Positions 12,138 through 22,885 of a stretch of 64,000 nucleotides of DNA are shown piece by piece. The translations under genes and the position numbers were made by a program. Under the pieces are notes generated by a model that saw only the letters and a program-made list of their open reading frames with translations, had not been told where the DNA came from and made no database searches. The first letter of the stretch is position 1; every line of letters starts with the position of its first letter. Source of the DNA: Entomortierella parvispora E1425 (lineage: Eukaryota > Fungi > Mortierellomycota); the NCBI GenBank assembly GCA_020891255.1, contig BQFW01000007.1, positions 682,001 to 746,000 on the forward strand. The letters are read 5' to 3'.

Positions 12138-14830
12138 CTACAATGCAACTGCAGTTGCCTCTGGAGCTTGAGATTCAACCGCATCCTTAAAGTCGTCAGC
12201 ATCCTCTTCATCCAAGTCGGTCTCATCCTCGGCCTTAGCATCTCCTTTCATATCGACTTTGAGTTCAATCTTCGGGTCTTCCTTGGCCTCTGCCTTGGGC
12301 TCTTCCACGACCTCTGCCTTGGATTCTTCATTGAACTTCACTGTAGGCTCTCCCTCGGTCACTATCACGACTTCTGTCACAGAGACAGAGTCTTCTTTCT
12401 CCGTAGAAATAACAGCTTCGGTCATCCCTGTAGTGGCAACCGCAGCTACTGAGGTCACTGGGGTGCCTGATGAGGCATCTGCATCCAGAAGGGACGTTGA
12501 ACTGGGTGTGTTCTTTGGTACTTCCTGCTCTAATGAAGGGACCACCTCCTTTACTGTACCCTCCTTGTCCTTATCTGCTAAAATCGAAGACAGATCACTT
12601 TTGGAGACGATGGAGGTTGTCGCAAATGGTTTGATAAAACCGCCAAAAGTGACCGCTGAAGAAGATGACGTCTTCCGGTGAGTAGCAGGAGTCGTTGTTG
12701 AGAATAAAGGCACATTGGGCGCCGAAGGCATGCCAAAGGCCGGACGTGAGAATGTAGACCATGAGGTTCTAGAATTTCGGGGTGATGATGCAGGCGATGA
12801 GGATGTCGAGGAGGAAGAGGACGTTGTTTTCGTCAACGAAGGCCTGGCTGTCGTAGATGAGGGGGACACTTCGGTCGTCGTTGTGGCCGTCGTAGACTTT
12901 GTGGTTGCTGCTGTAGTGACGCTAGCAGGTGACGATGTTGTCGATGTGGAAGAGGCGGTGGAAGACGTTGATAGCCTAGTAACAGGCTCTAGAACTTCCT
13001 TCAGTGGACCAGAAGGTGTCGCCGTAGTCACTGCTGCTGTTGGTGGTAGATTGGGCGTTGGCCTGACTGATCCACTGTCCTTGACCTGCGGCAAAAACCA
13101 AAGCTGAGGTCTACTTTCGTGGCGTTTGTCATCCACTAGGTTGCGAACCTTTTCGGGCATGTAGTTGAAGACCATGTTCCGCTTTAGTGAAGCCGAACGA
13201 CCCTAGAATTGTGTACAAGGATGTGAGGTTGGTTAGGTTAGTAATGAATAGTGAAAGAGATTCTATTTGAATGGATAGAATCGCGACCCTTAGAATTACC
13301 TTGCCAGAAAACACGCCCCGGATATGAGTGGAATAGTCTACAGCCGACTTTGCATAAGGAGCTCGTCGATCCCTGTATTCCTTGAAAACAGCGGTCAAGT
13401 CTGCCATAGTCGTCGACTCCATGTTTGATAACAAATTCACAAGAGTCACTGCATCCACGATGGCCTCACTGACAGGTTGATAGAACCCCTTATGGCATGC
13501 TATACAGAATACACAAGTTCATAATCGTCAGACGACTCCAAGCTTGTCCATGGTGTCAATAGTATTATGAGGTTGATCGCCATCATGCTCTTTCTTACCA
13601 TCGCCAATAAGAGCAGTTCGTCCACCGTACCAGGTCTCGCAGAATCGCTCCTCAGACATATGCATGTACATGCTGTCTTCGGGCGTAGTTCCAATCAAGT
13701 CTCCAATCTGACCTCCATATGGACAATCGTATTTCTTGATAGCCTCCAGCATCTCGTCCACATCCTGCTGTCGCCAACTGTTGACTTTGGAAGCCTCACC
13801 CTGTCGAATCGGAACCTTGGCCACCTCTCGGGTAATATCCCATGCGATCCTATTATCCAGTAGAGGCATGAACCAAATCTATAGAAGAGAGTGGTGTGTG
13901 AGAACAAGGAAAAAAACTAAAGGGCGCCCAATGTTGTTGCATCCGATGAGGTACTTTACAGCATAGGGCTTGTCCGGCACTTGAACAGATTGAATCTCGG
14001 TCATGGCATCCAACAGCACGGGGAAGGTCAGCGGATCCAACGGTTTTGTACATCCTGAGATGACCTGCAAATCGACGCTCATCGGGACCATGTCTTGCTT
14101 TGGCAATTTCTTCTTTTCTTCCATGGTCCAATAGAGCGTGTGTCTGACATTACTGAATCCTCCATCGGCCGCTATCAGAACATCGCCATCATGTGTAGTT
14201 CCATCTGAACAACGGACTGTCACTTTGTCCTTGCCCTGAATCATCCCCAAGACTTTTCCAGGGGCTAACCGCCGTGGAGGGATTCTTTGCAGCAGAAGCG
14301 AATGTAACTGCGATCGAGCCATGACCTCTGTGTGATAACCGTACCTATCGTGCAACAAGAATTTCCGAGCCGTTAATTGACCCTTGCCGATGCGTGGGAC
14401 AGGGCATCAAGGACAAAAGAAAAACCACAAAAGGTTGAAACGAGAAATAAATAAAGGTGACTTGCCTCTCCTTGTACGTTGAGTAATCAATACGACCGAC
14501 ATAGGTCATATCATGCTCGTTCAGGGAGAATCCACTCACGGGCTTTGAGATCTTTTGAATCTCTTCATAGATACCAAGCTGGTGCAAGAAATGGAGCGCG
14601 GTCGGACTGACCTGAACAGCGGCCCCAATGTTTGTGGAGAGGGCTGCAGTTGCGGGGATGGGCGTTGCAGGACTGGGCGTTGTTTCAGAAGCAGAGGCAC
14701 TGATCTTGGGCGGGGGCAGAGACTCTTCGATGATTGTGTATTCGAACCCGGCAAGTTCCAAGGCAATGGCGGCCGAAAGACCAGCGATACCAGCACCGAC
14801 GATGAGAATCTTGAGATCTGTTGAAGCCAT
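12138..14830 (-). CDS. FAD-dependent monooxygenase (group A flavoprotein hydroxylase-like) with long Ser/Thr-rich and acidic C-terminal tail, multi-exon
   Basis: Rossmann motif ILIVGAGIAGLSAAIAL, DG motif DVLIAADGGFSNVR, and a GD motif split by an intron (TALIGD-ACHK). Confidence 0.85.
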
Positions 14831-15561
14831 GGCTTTGTGCAGAGGACGGGGTGTGGAGGGGGACTGAGTGTCTAAAGAGAGTCGCGTGCGATATGTCTCT
14901 GTCTCAAAAGAGTGAAAAGGGGGCGTGCTTTTGGACTGGTCAAAGGGATGAGAACAGGCAAGGAGGGATGAATGGAAGGATGAATCAATGACAAGGTTGG
15001 GAGAACAGAGATGAATGTAGAGAATGAAAAAAAAAAAAAAAAAAAAAGAAAAGAGTGAGAGAATGAGCAGAGAAGGGACGTGGGTCAGCAACGGCCCAAG
15101 GAAGGCAAGCGCCTTCCCTCCCGTGCAAGCGTGCAAGCGTGCAAGGGAAGGAAGGCCGAAGAAAAAGAAGCAAAAAAGGGCGACTGTGGAGCACCGAACC
15201 TTGTTGCTGTCCTCTCTGGTCGCTCGCTCGTTCGCTGTCCCTCTCTGGTTGCACTGGCTCCGGCTCCCTATTTGCTTCCTTCGTGCTCATGCCACTCGAT
15301 ATTGCAAGGAACCCTGTCTCTACCCCTGCCTACTATATAGCACCTACCGCTCTATACATCCTCCACCTGGCAGCATCTCCCCAAGGCACGCGAATTTCTC
15401 TGTCTGCTTGCCGGCTCCATTTGCATGTGGCATGTGCAATTGAGCACCAGCACAACGTGCCACACACACACACACGCACAACAATCAACCAACAACAGTC
15501 AGCACAAGTAAAGAGAATAGGCCAGCCATCATGACAACCACTGCAACTTAGTCGCGTCCCT

Positions 15562-15570
15562 CTCCCTCGA
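15562..15570. repeat. left target-site duplication of the MULE (CTCCCTCGA)
   Basis: Identical to 19938-19946; 9 bp is the typical MULE TSD length. Confidence 0.75.
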
Positions 15571-15624
15571 GAGGATACTTCTTCACCCCCCAAAAGTGGC
15601 GTTTAGGCCCGGGAGGGACTTCGT

Positions 15625-15741
15625 CACGTGGAGTATATGGCCTTGCACTTATAGAATTGCAAGGATATAACGATAATGGTAGGATATAACGTACTCTCAC
15701 GTGATATCTACACGTGACAACATACGTCATTTAGTCACGTG
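15625..15741. promoter_or_regulatory. four CACGTG motifs in the left subterminal region of the MULE
   Basis: CACGTG at 15625, 15698, 15711 and 15736. Confidence 0.55.
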
Positions 15742-16717
15742 GATTTATATTGTCTGCCCAAATAGGAAGGAGTCTCGATCACCCCACAAAGTATAGGGAG
15801 ACATGTCCGAAAAACAACATCGTTCTATGTGAAGTCATTCAAATCGTATCAGAATGCCATGATTGTTAGCAATATCGATAGATATGATAAAAATACACCT
15901 CTCAAGTGATCGCGAGCAGTTTTGAACAAGTTTGAGAGCGTGTTCATCTTCGTTGTGCTTATTTTGACTGAAAATGACGAGGGTGTTCGCTATGTTTTGG
16001 CTAGTTACCATTGTATATTCAATTACAACACCACTTTCTTCCACATACATCCAAAACTTTCAGAATCCATGCCCTTTCCAATGTACATACTGTGAATGCG
16101 CTTTATTCGGTCAACACGCCTCGAAAAAAAGAACTTCACTTAGGAGCAAAGTGATCGACTTGGAAAAAAAATAGAATTTTGATGCATCTGAGGACATTTG
16201 TCTCGACTTTCCATGGTCAGAATTGCAACAATTGGGCTGAAAGCACTTTCCTGAGGTGGCCACACATTGTACGAAGAACGTAGTATCGTTTTCCTGCCAA
16301 AGAACGATTCCTCTAGAGGGCAATTGGATGAGTCATTCAAAGTAAAATGAACTTCTGACTACAATTTTACAGTAGTAATGCCTCAGCATGATGACAAGCT
16401 CTTGGCTGTTTTCCAAAGAAGTACTATTCATAGGCAGGTGTCGCGATATACATGTTATTAAAAGTTGGAAGAGGTTTGGCTTCCGGATTCAGAGCTATCA
16501 TGGTTCCTGAGATAGAGATATTGCTGCCATTTTATTTGTTTTTTTAAAAAAAAGAGCTCCCAGAAGGAGTATTTCCTCAGGAAACCCTGGGCCATAGGAA
16601 CAGCAACCGAGATTGCATCAGAACTTGCGAAAGAACACTGCCAAATCATATGGTTGAACTATGATCGATCATGTCGCATCGAAGATAGAGTGGGCTGTGT
16701 GTTTATTACATTATTAT

Positions 16718-19592
16718 TTAGAAGACTTGTCTACGTTTGTGTACGGCATTGAAGTGTAGAGGAGCTCTATTAACCATCTGACCAATACACAACGTTGTCT
16801 GTTGCAAAATGGAGGTGATGTCCTCCATCTCCTTGTCATCTTTGCTTTGCACGAGGCTAGATAGGATGTTGATCTGCTCTAGAGCTTTAAGCCTCCACTT
16901 CGCGGCCTCTCGTTGCAGATGCCTCCGTTCTTCATCTTCGTCGTCCCCTGTTACTATTGATTCTATCCCTCCCAAAACGACAGCAGCCGTTTCTTCTCCA
17001 GGCTCAATGCCAGCCAATAGCTTGTCCTTAGTGTCCTTTGACTCTGGAAGCACAATAGTTGTCATGGACCCATGAAAGTTGTTGTCAACTGGTAGTTGAA
17101 TGTTTGGAAACATGAGGGTAGCAGCAATGATATGTTTGCAAGGCTGAAGACGGCGCTTGAAGTCAGGGCACTCACAGGCCCGAATTGTGGGTGGATATGT
17201 CGTATGAATTGCAGTGATCTCGTACTCACTCCCATCAGACTTATCAAACGAGGTAATCCAGAGACGGTTCGAAAGGGTGTCATGTCGGAAGAGCTGGAGC
17301 CTTTGTTGAGCGGTCAAGTTCCTGAAACGACGCTGCACAGAAATCAATCGATCCTGATATTCTTTTTGTATTTTTTGATTGCCGTCCGAGGTTCAACGTA
17401 GCTGTGTTGATAATACTCTGGAAGTATTCGACGACAGCACCAGAGAGTACATTGATCACAGTGTCAAGCCGGGGACTCTTGTTGTCTCGCAGGAACTTCG
17501 ATTTCAGTTGACTGTGCCAGCTCTCCACATAGTTGTTGGTGTTGATGTCGGCCCAATATACATCACTCCGGTATGCGCGCATCCACTGTTCTCGCTTCTC
17601 CAGAGTAAAGCTGGTAGTGTCAAGGTATTCGAGGACTTCCGTGTAAGCACTGTCTAGCGTTAGAGCCTGGCGAAGGCTTTGCTGGAGTAGAGAGGCCTGG
17701 TCGGGATCTTGAGTGTACATCATACGGCGCAACATCTTGAAGATCACCTCGCGGGATTTGTCATACTGACGCTTTAGTTGTGCCTTCTCGTCTTTGTTCT
17801 TGCCGGTCATATCTGGATGGATCTTGCCAGGGAGAGCTCGAGCCCATGCGCGCTGAACGTGCCAGAGGCAGAGCTGAATCTTGACATCATCGAAGGCATA
17901 GTTGATGGCATTCTTCTCGATGTAGCTGTCGTCAACCACAATTGTTTTCACAATGCAATACGGCTTGTTTGACCCTTCTTGAACCATGAGTTGGCACCGC
18001 ACATGACTCAGCCAAAGGCTAAGAGCCGAAGCTGACATATCACTCGTAAGAAAAAAAGCTACTGGTATTCCTTTTCCAGAGGAGTGCGCAACCACAATTG
18101 TGTAAAGTTGCGTGTTGTCATGACGGGTTGTTCCATGGGTGGCATCAATGCTAAAGCCAGCGCCGAATTGTTGCAGCATCTTCCGCTGCCAAGGGGATAT
18201 AAATCCAAATCCAAACCGTTCCTTGGGACCAGTCTTGGCAGTTGGCGGTTCAATTGGCTGTTTATCGGGTGCAACGGATTCAATAAAAGCAGCCAATCGA
18301 CCCTGCTCGAGATTTAGGCCGACAGCCATTTTCTCAATGAGTGCAAAAGCCACTCTGTCTGATGTAGGAGTGGGATTCTTACCACGGGCAGGTTTCCGAG
18401 GAGCGTCTCGTTTCATTCGACCATTATCCACCAAGATATCCTTTCCCCCAAAACTGCTGGAAGAAGACCAAGCACCATCAGGTGCCTCATCGTATTCAAA
18501 CACGGAGAACCCCTGTTCTCGCAATTTCGTTCCCCACAGACGCATAGATATTCTCTCATCTTGGTCAAGCTGAGAAGTAATCCGTTGGCGACGAATGTCT
18601 ATATTATAGATGTCTTCCTTCGTGATGGCCCTATCTCTAGCACACTGAATATCGAATTGCGACTTGTCCTCCGGCGACGCTTTCGAAAGCTTTTCATAGA
18701 TGAACCGACGAGAGTGTCCTGCATCGAGCATCCTCTCAACCTGTTCCCTTCGCCATTTGGACAGGCGACAATGCCTGATATTCTCGATGGAATTCGTTTG
18801 GTGCCCTGTATGGTACGGTCTGTATGTAACAACGGCCTCTTCTGAGTTCTTGTAATACTTGACGAGAACGTATGACTTACAGCCAACCTTGCCACTGATC
18901 TTTTGACGCGGACGCTTCTTGAGTACATTCTCTGGAAAATCATCTTGGGTGGGGTCCTCTTTAAGGCTGCAGTCGCTGTCTGTACTAGAGTTGTCGTCTT
19001 CTGCTTTAACCTTGGTAGCCGAGCTGCCCTGTCGCCGGCGCTTCTTAGGGGTACCAGCGTGCTGGCAGAAGTATCTGACGGAGCATTCGAGGGAGGACTT
19101 CGTACTCTTCGACTTCCTCTCCTCCTTCTTCAGGTATTTGGTTGAAGCAAGACGCCCCTGTTCAAACAGCCAGGGAATGACCATCGATTTGTCCATGCGC
19201 TTTTCGATTAGTCGGTTGTGATTAGGATGCCGCGGAAGGAGGCCCCCGAAAACCTTGGTCCACAAAGGAACAGGAGCTTCCTGGTCGTTCGGGGGTTCGA
19301 CGGGTATCTCCAAGTTCTCAGTAACTTCCGATGAAGACACTGAGGCCGGGTATTCGACATCCTGAGCAGCCTCCTGGATATCCTCATCCTCATTGTCGCT
19401 GGAGTCCGAGGATTTATCTGAGAAGAAGCAGACTTCAAATGCAGGGTCTTCAACGACTGATGGGGTGACAGGGCAATCCTGTGGGGCCACATAGGTCTAA
19501 CAGGAAGACAAAAGTGTGTCGATATCATTAGTATCCACATATCTCAATTAGCCTACTGCGAGACATGCCATGCCATACCATACCTCTTCCAT
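16718..19592 (-). pseudogene. MULE transposase (FAR1/WRKY-like Zn finger, DDE core, SWIM finger) with one frameshift
   Basis: Micro-exon ATG GAA GAG (19592-19584) and intron 19583-19497 precede the main ORF. Motifs: YFCQHAG...GCKS...HTGH; FSIDATHG; IVVDDS; LCLWHV; TNNYVESWH. The SWIM finger CECPDFKRRLQPCKHI is in a different frame; removing one base from the T6 run at 17371-17376 fuses the two. Confidence 0.9.
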
Positions 19593-19867
19593 GTTGCAGG
19601 ACTATATCGCGTAAGGGCCTCGCGTTGCCTGGTGAATGGAACGTGTTAATTCAGGTTGCATTTCTTCTCTAATTCTTTTTGTTGATCCGTCCTTCAATAG
19701 AGCTACAGCCTACCTGGCAACGCTACTGTTGTCTGGGGTATGAGGGGAGGGTGAGGGGAGGGTAAGGGAAGAAGCAAAGGTGTTGTGAGGGACGGTCAGG
19801 AACGTTTGTTTTTGTGCATTGTGATGACGTGCTGATTTTGTGCACTAAGGGAGAACTCAGGTCAATG

Positions 19868-19960
19868 CACGTGATGGCACGTGGTGGCACGTGATATTTG
19901 GTGGCAATGTTTTTATGGGGGGCACATAAGGTAAATCCTCCCTCGACTACTGCTCACGTG
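19868..19960. promoter_or_regulatory. CACGTG (G-box/Pho4-type E-box) cluster upstream of the SPX-SerB gene
   Basis: CACGTG at 19868, 19878 and 19888 (exact 10-bp period, inside the MULE end), plus one at 19955 outside the element. Confidence 0.55.
19938..19946. repeat. right target-site duplication of the MULE (CTCCCTCGA)
   Basis: Identical to 15562-15570. Confidence 0.75.
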
Positions 19961-20232
19961 ACGAATTGTGAGTCTGCCTTTTTTTCAGTCTGGTAACTTT
20001 GAAGATAAGAGATCCCGATCAAGGTCTTTTTCACCGTACCCCGCACTCTTGCTCTTTCCTCTCTTGGCTCATTGCCTTCTTCACCTTCCTTGTCCTCTTG
20101 CTTCCTCCTCCACCTTTCCCTTCTTCCTCCCTTCCCTTCCTCCCATTTCCCATTAGCTCTCTCCTGCTCTCAACATTCGCTTCATTGCTACACCGCATAC
20201 TGAATCTCATATACCTGCCTACCTGATCACTC

Positions 20233-22775
20233 ATGAAGTACGGCAATTACCTTCGCGAGCGAAAGACCCAGCTGCCTGCTGAATGGCAAAAGGTCTTTAT
20301 CGACTACCAGGGGCTCAAGGACTATATCAAGACCAACATCGCCCCCGCCTGTCTCAAGCCCACCCTTGCCTCGGCCTCAGCTTTCCCTCCAGGAAGCCAA
20401 ACCGCAACCCCAGTTGTTCCTGGAGCGACTAATGCGGGTCTTCAGGCTTCGCTTCTTCCTGCGTCCGGCCTGATGGCCGATGTTGATCTTCAAGAGTTCT
20501 CGACAATGATTGCCCATAGACTGACTGTCCTGCAAACAGCCGTGCCAGAGTTTTTGGCCCGTCTTGACAGCCAGGTCACCGAGGTCTCTGCTTTCACGAC
20601 TCTTCAGACCCGCAAGATCTATGAGGCCTATGGCGCTTTCCAGGGAGGTCAGGTTGGACTTGGCCTTGTTTCCTCTCAATCCAACACCCATCACGAGGAC
20701 ATCCACAGCACCCCCGTAGCCAACTCCAGTACGGACAAGGCCACACCTGCATCGGCACAGGACGACAACTCACTGGAGAGCTTACTCCAGTCTGTGATCA
20801 AACTGGAAAAGTATATTTTCCTCAACTACACCGGGATTGTCAAGATCATCAAAAAGATGGATCGTCATGCAGGTCTGGGCATAAGCGGGGCCTATCTCGG
20901 TCGTGTCTGGAAGCTGCCCTTTGCCCGTGCTGAGCAATTGAGCTCGCTCAAGAAGGAGTTGATGGAGAAGCTTAGCGGTGTGATGACTAGAGTGACCGTG
21001 AACACCGAGACGGCCATTGGACGACCAGGTACAGCACACGTTTTCATTTCTCTTGTATTGCCATCCCTTGTCATGTTTCTCAGACGTGTGTGCGTGTGTG
21101 TACAACAAGTGCAAGGTGTTGTTGTGTGTGGTTTACAGTTGTTTGTGATGTCCTTATCAGCAACACCAACGGACATATGCCAGCAATAGCCGATCTGGCT
21201 CCTGTTGGTAAAAGAGGAGCAAAAAAAAAAAAAAAAAGAGTCATACTTCTGCCGATTCCAGACTGTGATAGGATGACACCGAGGCTGATCTTCAAATTTC
21301 CTTTATTTGTTCCACGGATAGCTCTGGACGCGCCATTCTCGCCCCTGGCCTTGAACTTCAAGTCAGACTCACCGGTCATGATGTGGAAGCCAACGGCTTT
21401 GGCACCCACAGAGAAGACCTGGTTCCCCCCTGCAGCCTTGTTGCCTCATCAGCGTGTTCTCATCTCGATGAGCGGACCCCACGGAACGGATATCATTGGC
21501 ACCTTGCTCGCCTGTGCTGCCAAATACCAATGTGAAGTCGAGGACTTTTCGTTTGCCCGTCTCTACCACAACGTGACCTTTGCGATTCTGATCACGATCA
21601 AGAATGACGACATGGATATCTTCAAGGATCTGGCCGCTGCTGCAAAGCGTTGGGATGCGACCTTGACATTTGACATTTTGGATTCGCTTAAGAAGGACCC
21701 TCACTTTGGAAACTATGTGCCTCGATCGCTTGAGGATGCGCCCTATGAAGGACGTCTCAAATACACGGCCACAGTTCTCTGTCAGCATGGCTTGACTTCA
21801 GCTTTCCTTTCAGACTGGACCCACTTGTTGTTGGTCAACAAGATCTCTGTGGAAAAGATGGTTCGATTGAACGAGGGACAGCTCTCCTGTGCGGATTATA
21901 AGCTCTCGATTCCTGCCAACTTGAGCATGGACAAGTTCAGGGAGGAGCTCTTCCAGCTGAGTGCCGATCATGGAACGGATGTGGCTCTTCAACCCTATGA
22001 TGTCTTCAGGAAGCACAAGCGATTGGTCGTCTTTGATATGGATTCGACCCTGATCCAACAAGAGGTCATTGATGAGATTGCACGCCACGCTGGCGTCATG
22101 GAGAAGGTTTCGGTAAGTCTCGTCTTTTTTCATATTTAGTCTGCATTGCGGTGATGATTCTCCAGCTCACTAGTGCATTTCCTTTTCTCTCCGGTTACTT
22201 AGGAAATCACGGAGGCTGCCATGAATGGCGAGATTGACTTCAAAGAGTCTCTCAAGAGACGAGTGGCGCTCTTGAAGGGCACGCCAGTGAGTGTCCTGGA
22301 GACTGTCAGGGAGCAACTGACTTTTACGGAGGATGCTCTCTACCTTTGCAAAGCACTGAAGAAGATTGGATTCAAGTTGGCGGTCATCTCAGGAGGATTC
22401 ATGCCTTTGGCATTGCATGTAAAGAACATTTTGGGATTGGACTACGCTTTTGCCAATCAGCTCAAGGTCTCGCCCGACGGATTGTACTTGACAGGAGAGA
22501 CGGTGGGACCCATTGTCTCCGGAGAGCGCAAGGCCGAGTTGTTGGAAGTCATCGCTCAGGCGGAATCGGTCACGTTGGATCAGGTCATTGCTGTGGGCGA
22601 TGGAGCCAACGACCTTTGGATGTTGGCCAAGGCTGGTTTGGGCATTGCCTTCAACGCCAAGCCTAGGGTGCAGCAGAAGGCCCGTGCAAGAATCAACCAA
22701 AAGAGTCTCAAGTACGTATTGTACTTGCTTGGATACGAGGATGCAGAGATCAGACAGTTGGCGACCAGTTCATAG
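20233..22775 (+). CDS. serB: SPX-domain / tandem-ACT / phosphoserine phosphatase (SerB, HAD) fusion protein, 3 exons
   Basis: SPX N-terminus MKYGNYL...IDYQGLK...LNYTGIVKIIKKMDR and two ACT-like segments. HAD motifs VVFDMDSTLIQQEVIDE, VISGGF, RKAE and VGDGANDL. Introns 21029-21321 and 22113-22202 join all parts in frame. Confidence 0.9.
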
Positions 22776-22885
22776 AAAAAGACATAGATTCGATTTTTTT
22801 TTAATAATAGACTCACAGTGCAAAGAGAAAGGGTATATGTTGTACAATGGTGTAGGGGGGTTTCTATCTTTTTCGTGTTTTTTCT

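Larger units (their letters stand above)
15571..19937 (-). mobile_element. Mutator-like DNA transposon (MULE), full length, 4367 bp
   Basis: Flanked by the perfect 9-bp direct repeat CTCCCTCGA (15562-15570 and 19938-19946). The termini align ungapped as degenerate inverted repeats: 15 of 25 positions match, both begin GA, and a C6 run sits at positions 16-21 from each end. It encodes a MULE transposase. Confidence 0.8.

Noticed and set aside
15780-16050. Minus-strand CIFIISIDIANNHGILIRF looked like a Ulp1 protease His motif, as carried by some MULEs
   Set aside because: The conserved Trp after His is absent, a stop follows, and there is no convincing QxNxxDCG motif.
15620-19965. 11-bp perfect inverted repeat TTCGTCACGTG (15620-15630 / 19955-19965) as alternative MULE termini
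   Set aside because: No flanking TSD, and it is mostly the self-complementary CACGTG core; the 9-bp TSD boundaries fit better.
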